Under the pieces are notes generated by a model, which was not told where the DNA came from, did no database searches, and saw nothing but the letters and a program-made list of their open reading frames with translations. This document shows, one piece after another, positions 29,378 to 37,035 of a DNA stretch of 64,000 nt; positions within the stretch are counted from its first letter, which is position 1; every line of letters starts with the position of its first letter. The position numbers and the translations under genes are program-made. The DNA lies in sequence record MN871451.1. One strand, written 5' to 3'.

Positions 29378-30751
29378 ATGTCCTTGTTTAACGAAGAAGA
29401 CGATGCACCGTCACAGCCCCTTCCCCAGTTTAAAGCGAACAAAACCCCGTATCGGGATATTGCCATCGATACCGCCTATACGCCCGTAGGAACAATCCTG
29501 ACGACGATAGAAGGGAAACGTTGGCCGGTGACGTGGTACAGTCAAATTCTGAACGGCGATAACGCGCCAGCGGGCTTACAGGTTTCTCGTCTTGAAATCA
29601 ACCAACAGTACAAGAAGATCAATAACCTTGAACTGAAAGTAACAGAAACTATTCAAGTCAGTCCAGAATTCCGACCAGAAATCCAGGAATTCACTGTTCG
29701 TGGTGGAGCGAACATGTACCCGGGCGTACGGCCAAACGTGGGAGACCTTTTCACGGCAACCCTGTTGGACGGGCGTGTAGGGATTTTCCAGGTGTCAGCG
29801 CCACCGGAGCAACGCTCTATCTACATGCAGTCCACGTACCGCATCGAATACGTCATGCGGGATTTCCTTAACGCTGATTACGCAAAGAAACTCGCTGACA
29901 AAACGGTAGAAGAATACTTCTTTATTCCCGGCTTCCTGGATTCCGGGATTAACCCCGTTATTTCAGATTCTGCGCATGGCGACTACCAAAACCTGATGGA
30001 ATGGCGAGAAAAGATCCCGATGTTCCATCTCAGTAAGTTCTACGATAAGGAATACGCCACGCTGACCTTACCGGGTCAAGGACGGAATATCATTTACGAT
30101 CCTTTCCTGACCACCTTTGTAGCGGCGCTCTGGTCCCATGAAAATATCGGCTCGTTTCATGGGATGGCTTTCCTTAACGTGATGGACGGTACTATCAGAG
30201 AGATCAAAACCGTATTCGATGCGCTATTAGATCAAGAAGATATCATGATGGATATCGTCGAGACGAAGATCCCTGCCGTCGCTTCAAACTTCTTTTTGAA
30301 TGATCCGTTCTTCCGTGGCCCACAGTACATGGGTATCCCGTATGTCTGTTTCCCTAATCGGTCTGACCGGTATCGGAACAGTTGGGAGGTGAAACCGAAA
30401 GCAGTTTCGTTGAAACAAGGCTACCGTACCCGACCAAAAGTACGTTATACCCTTGAGCAGTATTTCCCGGAAGGGGTGCTCATTCCGTATTCCCAGGGAT
30501 GGAACAAAGGGATCAAAGACGTTACGATTGACGATTACTACATTTTTAGTGAAGACTTCTACGGACGTCGGACAGGGGAACTTTCCGTTCTCGAAACGTT
30601 AGTTTGGCAGGCCATCGAAAAAGGACAAGTATCGGCACAGGACGTTATGGCGTTGTTTAACGACGCACGCAATTGGGACGACTTGAACCAGTTCTATTAC
30701 TTGCCGATCCTTTACGCGTTGATCCCTGCCGCTTTAAGAGGGTTATCGTAA
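29378..30751 (+). CDS. Virion neck/head-completion protein, T4 gp14-like (phiKZ gp99-like position)
   Basis: RPNVGDLF...GRVGIFQV resembles the gp14 PxEGDLI...LFEI motif. SD AGGAG. Confidence 0.55.
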   Translation: MSLFNEEDDAPSQPLPQFKANKTPYRDIAIDTAYTPVGTILTTIEGKRWPVTWYSQILNGDNAPAGLQVSRLEINQQYKKINNLELKVTETIQVSPEFRPEIQEFTVRGGANMYPGVRPNVGDLFTATLLDGRVGIFQVSAPPEQRSIYMQSTYRIEYVMRDFLNADYAKKLADKTVEEYFFIPGFLDSGINPVISDSAHGDYQNLMEWREKIPMFHLSKFYDKEYATLTLPGQGRNIIYDPFLTTFVAALWSHENIGSFHGMAFLNVMDGTIREIKTVFDALLDQEDIMMDIVETKIPAVASNFFLNDPFFRGPQYMGIPYVCFPNRSDRYRNSWEVKPKAVSLKQGYRTRPKVRYTLEQYFPEGVLIPYSQGWNKGIKDVTIDDYYIFSEDFYGRRTGELSVLETLVWQAIEKGQVSAQDVMALFNDARNWDDLNQFYYLPILYALIPAALRGLS

Positions 30752-31374
30752 TGACGACAACCGTGGTCATTGAAACCGTACGCACCAAACCAAAAACTGC
30801 AGGTCAAATTATTTTTGACAAAATGTTTAGCGTGAGGATGTCCGTTGTGGATGCCATGGACGAAAACGATGTTCATTCACGCGGGATGTTTACAACCGGT
30901 TATGCGGATATTGATGCACAGGCAGCAAAACGTCCTACCGTGGTCTGGCGAACGATTGCGGAGATGGTGGAGTTATGGCATGACGGCGTGGCGATGGAGT
31001 TGGTCAACGGTATGGTTGATGCCGAGAAGATCAACAAAATCATACAGGAACATTTAGCGGATTGTACGCGTTGGCACCAATCGCAGCAGTACGGTCTTCG
31101 CAGAGAAGACCCGAGTGTCACACAGCAGCGTTTAGAAGATCTTCGTAAGATGGACGAATTCGCTCGCCAGATTTACAACAAAGTCCGTCAACACGGCAAA
31201 GACGATAACGTCACTGGATTGGCTAAGGTTATCAAGAGTGCTGCACCCGCGATTGGTCTCGATCCTTTCGGTCAAAAAGCGGTGGTCTCTAAACGCAGTG
31301 CGGCGGATTATATCCCTATCGAAGAACGTATCGATTACGACGTCCTCAAGAAACGTAAGAGGTACCGTTCATGA
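30751..31374 (+). CDS. Conserved hypothetical protein
   Basis: Start placed at ATG 30751 (TAATG coupling with the upstream stop, SD GAGGG). Basic C-terminus KKRKRYRS. Confidence 0.7.
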   Translation: MTTTVVIETVRTKPKTAGQIIFDKMFSVRMSVVDAMDENDVHSRGMFTTGYADIDAQAAKRPTVVWRTIAEMVELWHDGVAMELVNGMVDAEKINKIIQEHLADCTRWHQSQQYGLRREDPSVTQQRLEDLRKMDEFARQIYNKVRQHGKDDNVTGLAKVIKSAAPAIGLDPFGQKAVVSKRSAADYIPIEERIDYDVLKKRKRYRS

Positions 31375-32714
31375 ATACCCAATTACTTCGCCAGCAAATC
31401 ATGACATTGGCGGCGAGTGGCGCCAACCCTCGTTACCAACTCCGGGCAATCTTTACGGTGCAAGGCGTTCAGTACCCCGTAAAGGCTGTTATCGGGAAAC
31501 GAATCCGATCGGAGTACGGTGAGCGTTTTTGTTCGAATATCACCCTTGAGATTGCCATGATTACAAAAGACTTTAATCAGCTCTTTGCAGTCAGAGACAA
31601 TCTCTACCTGACACTGTTCCAGGAACAGGTGGATGCGGTGTCCGAAGTGAAGTTCAGTAATGGCCTTACCATTCAGACGACATACCGGGCATTCTTTTCG
31701 AATAACGAAATCGCCTCATTAGGCGGGACACCCGGATTACAATCGACGCCTTACACAGACGGTTCTGATGATCTCCGAATCTTTCACGTACAGTTAGTCG
31801 ACCCGATCGCATTGAGCATGTCGGCTAAATCGGCACAGGGTGTATTCCGCTTCAGTACCGCCAGTGACGTCCTACGGGCGTATATCATCGCGAAAACAAA
31901 CGAGGACAAGCAAGCGGGTCTTCCGCCGCTCTTAGGGCTGGAGATGGTTGATGCTGACGTCACCGGAGAAAGCGCGATCCGTGAACAGATCATCGTTGAC
32001 CATCAAGTGAAGATGACGAGTTTACCGCATTATCTTCAGGCGAAAGAGGGCGGGTTGTATAACCACGGTATCGGTTCGTTTATTGAGAATCAGCGCTGGT
32101 TTATTTTCCCGTTGTACAACACGCAACGGTTTACTAAAACCGAAAAACGCCTCTCGGTCTTTGTGGCGGATTCGCTAAAACTCCCCACGGCAGATTGCAC
32201 GTATAAGTGGGAAGGGTCAACGTTAAAGGTCATCGCCACCGGCGGCGCAAAGACGCAAGATATCTCTGTCTCCGGTAACGTGTCGTCTGGTAACGGTGTT
32301 CACTTCCAGAAAGCCAGTAATTTCTTTGAGAGTCCGGTGGTGGTTGATGGCGATAACCGCGCGGTTTACAACCGTGAAGCGGTCTCTGTCGATATCATGC
32401 GCAAGCCCCGTAGTGACGGGTTAACAATTGCTCATGTTTCAGATAATCCTATTACGGATAACCTGGCGAGAGAACAATCGCGTATCGCTGCGTACGACGG
32501 GCTGATCATGGCAGTGAAATGGGAGCGGTCTGACATCCGGTTACTTACCCCCGGAATGCCAGTTCGCGTTTACTACGACAATGGGTCAGTGACAACGATC
32601 CTTGAAGGTACACTTATACGGGCAGAAGAACAGTGGAACACGGAAACTCCAGGACTGATGCAAAAATTACAAGTATCAGCCGCTTTACTCACCTTTTTCC
32701 TGGCGAAACCTTAA
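31371..32714 (+). CDS. Baseplate hub-like protein (T4 gp27 / Mu gp44 / GpD fold; phiKZ gp101-like position)
   Basis: 447 aa, ATGA overlap. C-terminal IRLLTPGMPVRVYY...LEGTLIRAEEQW is typical of hub proteins. Confidence 0.55.
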   Translation: MNTQLLRQQIMTLAASGANPRYQLRAIFTVQGVQYPVKAVIGKRIRSEYGERFCSNITLEIAMITKDFNQLFAVRDNLYLTLFQEQVDAVSEVKFSNGLTIQTTYRAFFSNNEIASLGGTPGLQSTPYTDGSDDLRIFHVQLVDPIALSMSAKSAQGVFRFSTASDVLRAYIIAKTNEDKQAGLPPLLGLEMVDADVTGESAIREQIIVDHQVKMTSLPHYLQAKEGGLYNHGIGSFIENQRWFIFPLYNTQRFTKTEKRLSVFVADSLKLPTADCTYKWEGSTLKVIATGGAKTQDISVSGNVSSGNGVHFQKASNFFESPVVVDGDNRAVYNREAVSVDIMRKPRSDGLTIAHVSDNPITDNLAREQSRIAAYDGLIMAVKWERSDIRLLTPGMPVRVYYDNGSVTTILEGTLIRAEEQWNTETPGLMQKLQVSAALLTFFLAKP

Positions 32715-33268
32715 CCGAACTACAGGTAGAGCACAGGGTAATAAATCCAGACGAAGAATTTAATTTAAACGGGAGTGAACTCGCCCAGCTGAATAAACTC
32801 ACGTCGGAACTACAACAGCATCTTAATAAAGTCAATTGTCATCGGTTACAAATCCAGACGTTTACTGAAGCCGTACTTGAGGTGATGGACGTCCATCAGA
32901 AATCGGTTGAATTATGGCTACTGCGCGATGGCGGAAGAGTCGTCGGGTATGCAGTCAGTTTGATTGATCAACACCCCGTCATCGACACATTGATCATCGG
33001 TCAAAAATATCGAGGACAGGGATTAGGAACTAAATTACTCCAATCGATTCGAGCGGCGAAAAAGAATCACGCAATCAAGTTAATCGTTGTGCGCAAAGAC
33101 AAGGTTGCTTTAGGGTTCTATCTCGCCCAAGGTGGCTTCGTTGACTTTGATCATCTTTCTCGTTTTACGCACTTAATCATTTTCCCGCCTTTGTCGTCAG
33201 ACAGGAGTCTTTATGCTTTATCCCGAGAACCAGAAATGGGTACCGAAGGTCAAGGAATGGATTACTGA
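32633..33268 (+). CDS. GNAT-family acetyltransferase (start uncertain)
   Basis: Motif A IDTLIIGQKYRGQGLGTKLL, upstream GGRVVGYA, and motif B VALGFYLAQGGF. The GTG start overlaps the upstream gene by 82 nt. Confidence 0.75.
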   Translation: MEHGNSRTDAKITSISRFTHLFPGETLTELQVEHRVINPDEEFNLNGSELAQLNKLTSELQQHLNKVNCHRLQIQTFTEAVLEVMDVHQKSVELWLLRDGGRVVGYAVSLIDQHPVIDTLIIGQKYRGQGLGTKLLQSIRAAKKNHAIKLIVVRKDKVALGFYLAQGGFVDFDHLSRFTHLIIFPPLSSDRSLYALSREPEMGTEGQGMDY

Positions 33269-34040
33269 CTCCTTGGCCCGAACCAAGACGTACAATCAAC
33301 GCCAGCTTCTCACTATCGACGAAGTACTGAATCCGTGTTTTAGCGACCCGTGGGGACACAACACGATCAATTACGCGATTTCATTAGTCGATGGCTATAT
33401 CATGCCGAAGTTTCCAAAGGACGGGGTCTACGAACCTTTACTTGATCGTTACCCTATGGCTATCGAAGCCACGCAAGAAATTGTTAACTTTTTGGAGACC
33501 GTCAGTTTTGATACCGATCAAAGCGATGAACTCATTCGTACCCATATTCAAAAACTCTTTTCATGGCTCTATGCGTGGAATACGGAGTTGATCTGGGTAG
33601 ACAAAGTTCATCCGGAAGATATCTGTGTCAAAGTGCTATTCGGTAACGATCCGCCCACTTACGCGGAACGTGCCGCGTTAGTGAATAATGAATCCCCGGA
33701 TTTCTTTTTACGCGGGAAGGATTATTATGAAATTGAAACGTGGTTAACGAAGATCGATGATTGGTCGGCTTTTGCCGTCAATCGTTTCCCGTATCAGGAA
33801 GAAAGCTTCAGTCTTTACTTCCCAGGACAAGGTTATAGTTTCGGTAAAGAACGTGCTGCATTTGAAATGCAGTCGCAGGCCAGAGGCATCGCTTATTCGC
33901 TTTATGGGGTAATGGCGAAAGCCTTAACCGATAAAACGAAATTGACAAAGCAATTCTGGTCACGGCGTTTAGCAGTATTGACCGATGCGGCAGTTTACTG
34001 CAATCCTGTTCTGTCGTATATCCTACGTTTCGACTTCTGA
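33213..34040 (+). CDS. Hypothetical protein
   Basis: 275-aa ORF overlapping the GNAT end by 56 nt, followed by a terminator. Confidence 0.65.
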   Translation: MLYPENQKWVPKVKEWITDSLARTKTYNQRQLLTIDEVLNPCFSDPWGHNTINYAISLVDGYIMPKFPKDGVYEPLLDRYPMAIEATQEIVNFLETVSFDTDQSDELIRTHIQKLFSWLYAWNTELIWVDKVHPEDICVKVLFGNDPPTYAERAALVNNESPDFFLRGKDYYEIETWLTKIDDWSAFAVNRFPYQEESFSLYFPGQGYSFGKERAAFEMQSQARGIAYSLYGVMAKALTDKTKLTKQFWSRRLAVLTDAAVYCNPVLSYILRFDF

Positions 34041-34063
34041 TGAGATTAGAAACCATTTGGTTA

Positions 34064-34098
34064 CACTGGTGAGGGTTTCCTCACCAGTGGACTTTTTA
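34064..34098 (+). terminator. Intrinsic terminator
   Basis: CACTGGTGAGG-gttt-CCTCACCAGTG followed by GACTTTTTA. Confidence 0.8.
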
Positions 34099-34121
34099 TT
34101 TCTTAATGAGGAATCACGAGA

Positions 34122-34295
34122 ATGAGCGATAATAAGGTATCTTACCATATCGACGCTGGCGGTGAGGTTGAACTCTCTCCACGTGCCTACCAGGAAACCG
34201 TGTTACAGTATCGCTTCGGTTATACCGAAGCTCAACTGGCCAATATGTCTGACAATCAAATCGCACAACGGTATGCAGAACTAACTGAAGGATAA
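34122..34295 (+). CDS. Small hypothetical protein (57 aa), below the ORF-track cutoff
   Basis: My translation: MSDNKVSYHIDAGGEVELSPRAYQETVLQYRFGYTEAQLANMSDNQIAQRYAELTEG. SD GAGGA, and it fills the gap between the terminator and the next gene. Confidence 0.7.
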   Translation: MSDNKVSYHIDAGGEVELSPRAYQETVLQYRFGYTEAQLANMSDNQIAQRYAELTEG

Positions 34296-34298
34296 TCT

Positions 34299-34661
34299 AT
34301 GGCTGACTTGATTAATCTTGGCGAACGTCGTATGGAACGTATGACAACAACAGAACAGATAGAACACGTCTACCGACTCATCGATAAAATAGATCATTTC
34401 GTGATCAAGTCGGCCAGTGAAATGTTAGAACTGCTCAAATACAAACATCAACAGCAGGACAGTACCGCCGCTATCTGTCTCCATCTGATCTACGTCGGTT
34501 TCTTTACGGGAGACGAAGGTGCGGACTATACCGGCGATGAATTACTGAAGTTGGTGGAGGATAACCTGACACGGTATAAAGGATGTCTTTACCGCAAGCT
34601 CAAACAGCAGTACCCGTGTAACCCCGAAGTAGACAAACTGAATCCGCTAAAAAGCGTATAA
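34299..34661 (+). CDS. Hypothetical protein
   Basis: 120 aa, SD AAGGA, 3 nt after the preceding stop. Confidence 0.7.
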   Translation: MADLINLGERRMERMTTTEQIEHVYRLIDKIDHFVIKSASEMLELLKYKHQQQDSTAAICLHLIYVGFFTGDEGADYTGDELLKLVEDNLTRYKGCLYRKLKQQYPCNPEVDKLNPLKSV

Positions 34662-34671
34662 GCTAAAAAGC

Positions 34672-34713
34672 CTCCCATGGATAGCTTTCGCTATCCATGG
34701 GAGCGGCACTATG
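34672..34713 (+). terminator. 14-bp hairpin followed by TATG, between convergent genes
   Basis: CTCCCATGGATAGC-tttc-GCTATCCATGGGAG, TATG at 34710-34713. Confidence 0.75.
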
Positions 34714-34743
34714 CCGTTATTGAGTGAAAAGGTTATGAATGAA

Positions 34744-36303
34744 TTAGTTGAGTACGAAATCGTTGAGTTGGTCGTTAGTCTGGAACCAAGCTGCACCCCC
34801 ACCCTGTCCTGCGGTCTGGGCACCTGGTTTTTTCATCGATTGGTCTTCGGTGTAAATGTCATCAGGAATCCCAATGTCCGTAAAGCGGTAGGTACAACGT
34901 TGATCCTGAATTGGTGTGTTATCTACCCCACGGTGTTTACCGCGCCCCAAGTTTAAATACGCGACGCCATCGACAATTTGTTTTTGGATATTGACTTCAA
35001 AGTCTACTTCCTGAGCGATGGTTTTACATTCGTTATAGTAAGCTCGGTTAAGTATCTCATTAAGGAACTGCCCAGGGCGATCACGTTCGATGCTCAAGGC
35101 TTCAGTTGACAACTGGTGAGGCGTGATAAACAGAACATGACGCATGACCATAAAGTTACGGGTGCGTTTAAACATGGCTTGTTTCTCACGTCCAGTGATT
35201 CCACCGTTATCAAAACCTTTACTGGACATCATCGCCAAATAGTCGAACGTCATGACGACAATTTCGTAACCGTCTGCTTCGAGACCTAACGTCAACGATT
35301 GCAGTGAAGAGAAAGTGAATTCATCCGGGTTAATGCGGAACATCAAGAAATGCCAACCATTCTCGGCAAACTTCTCTTTCATGAACTGTGCTGCAATATT
35401 AGGATCAATTTCGTTCTTCTTAATCTGACGTCCTAACGTCGGTTCAACACATTGCTTATACATGGTTTGCATGTTGATCGGCAGGTCGTTCTCAGACGAT
35501 ATCAGTACGATTGCCGGTTTCTTCGTCGGGTCTTTTAATTTAGGGATATTATAAAGTGCTGCGCCCCGAGTCATCATCATTGTCAGACCCGATTTGAAAT
35601 GGTGTTGTAAACCACCGACTAAAACCATCTCACCACGACGACCACCCATTTGCTCACCAAACATCCGATTGAGTCCCTGAAGACCAAACTTGATAATCTC
35701 GTCCGGAGAGATCTGATCACGAGCTCGAGTGAAGATTGCTTTCAGGGATTCTTCATCGTTGAAGTCAACGAAATCCATAACGCCTGGCGTATGTTCAGGC
35801 TTATCGCTTTTATCGTGCGCATAACCTTCAAAATGTGTGATCATGCTTCTGGCGACTTCGTTCAGCTGAAATTCTCCGTCGCCGTAAAGCACATCTTTAC
35901 TGAATTCCTGGAAGCGTTTGCGAAACTCTGCTTTACGTATGACGTCGTTTAACTCCTGAATCAGGAGACGACAATGGTTTTTGATGGCGGCTTCATCTAA
36001 GTGTAAATCGAGTGCTCCTTCAACAATGTCGACAACGTAAGGTTCATCCGCTGCAATCATTCTGACGTTCTGTACAATGAGTTCTCTATTCTTACAAAGA
36101 TCCTGACGTGACGTCATCTTAAGAATGAGAACTTGTAACCCTTCGTAAATTTCTTTTACTCTGTCACTGTCGGTGGAGTTTTTACCGGGGTTAGCATACT
36201 GCATGATATTCTTGACGAGTGCCTTACTATCGCTTCCTGAACTAATCTGGTTTTCCCAGAACAACAGCGCCAAGGCGTTCACAATCGTCATTTTATAATT
36301 CAT
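34744..36303 (-). CDS. dnaB: DnaB-like replicative helicase (phiKZ gp118-like)
   Basis: GGRRGEMVLVGGLQHHFKSG (P-loop region), IVVMTFDYL (Walker B), LFITPHQLS and GRGKHR (Arg finger). Adjacent to the capsid gene as in phiKZ. Confidence 0.85.
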   Translation of the reverse strand: MNYKMTIVNALALLFWENQISSGSDSKALVKNIMQYANPGKNSTDSDRVKEIYEGLQVLILKMTSRQDLCKNRELIVQNVRMIAADEPYVVDIVEGALDLHLDEAAIKNHCRLLIQELNDVIRKAEFRKRFQEFSKDVLYGDGEFQLNEVARSMITHFEGYAHDKSDKPEHTPGVMDFVDFNDEESLKAIFTRARDQISPDEIIKFGLQGLNRMFGEQMGGRRGEMVLVGGLQHHFKSGLTMMMTRGAALYNIPKLKDPTKKPAIVLISSENDLPINMQTMYKQCVEPTLGRQIKKNEIDPNIAAQFMKEKFAENGWHFLMFRINPDEFTFSSLQSLTLGLEADGYEIVVMTFDYLAMMSSKGFDNGGITGREKQAMFKRTRNFMVMRHVLFITPHQLSTEALSIERDRPGQFLNEILNRAYYNECKTIAQEVDFEVNIQKQIVDGVAYLNLGRGKHRGVDNTPIQDQRCTYRFTDIGIPDDIYTEDQSMKKPGAQTAGQGGGAAWFQTNDQLNDFVLN

Positions 36304-36360
36304 GGTTCCATCTCACTCAAATTTTATGTTAAAAAATATTTTTCACCCACAGGGGCCGTT

Positions 36361-36921
36361 ATGAAGATCACACCAATAAAACGTCTTCGTGTCGCGGTGG
36401 TTCCGAGTTGGTTGGATGAGGTAGTCACCGCATCCCCGGACCTCAGCTATCAAGATCTTCTTTGCTTTTCTAAATTGTTGGAGACGAAGTCTTCTATATT
36501 ATCAGAGGAGCAAGTCATTATTTATGCGCTGACGCAGAATTTCGTGAATGCCTTCACGGATCGCGCTTTCGAAGATATTCCTTCTATTGCTTCGACCGAT
36601 GCCAACGCACTGTTCCTCGCCGATCGCAGTAAAAAGGTTGAGAACGTGCGTATCTCTGTTAATGTGTCAGACGCTCTAGCCGAAAAGAACGAATCGCCGC
36701 TCTCATTCCAGGCAACGGGTTTGATGGCGAAAGAGTATTACCTGCCGTTACTGGTGGATTCCGATACATTAGTTCTTATAGGGAGCCGTGTCCCGGTTTT
36801 TCAGGATGAGCGTGCTTTCTTCAATGCTTTATTGGAAACCGTCGGTGGTAAATTGGAGTACGGGGAATTCAAACAATACGAATTCTTTAAACGTTACCTT
36901 CGTGTAGCGGTATCCGGCTAA
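36361..36921 (+). CDS. Conserved head-associated protein (phiKZ gp119-like position)
   Basis: 186 aa between DnaB and the capsid gene. TATG at 36325 and SD AGGGG upstream. Confidence 0.6.
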   Translation: MKITPIKRLRVAVVPSWLDEVVTASPDLSYQDLLCFSKLLETKSSILSEEQVIIYALTQNFVNAFTDRAFEDIPSIASTDANALFLADRSKKVENVRISVNVSDALAEKNESPLSFQATGLMAKEYYLPLLVDSDTLVLIGSRVPVFQDERAFFNALLETVGGKLEYGEFKQYEFFKRYLRVAVSG

Positions 36922-37035
36922 TTGTAGTATATTATGAAACATTACTGCATTCGTGTTTATTGAATCATATGACAATTTCTTGACAGCGCTGTCGAGAGAG
37001 TTTCTAAAATAACGTTATTAAAGGAACGTAATAAA

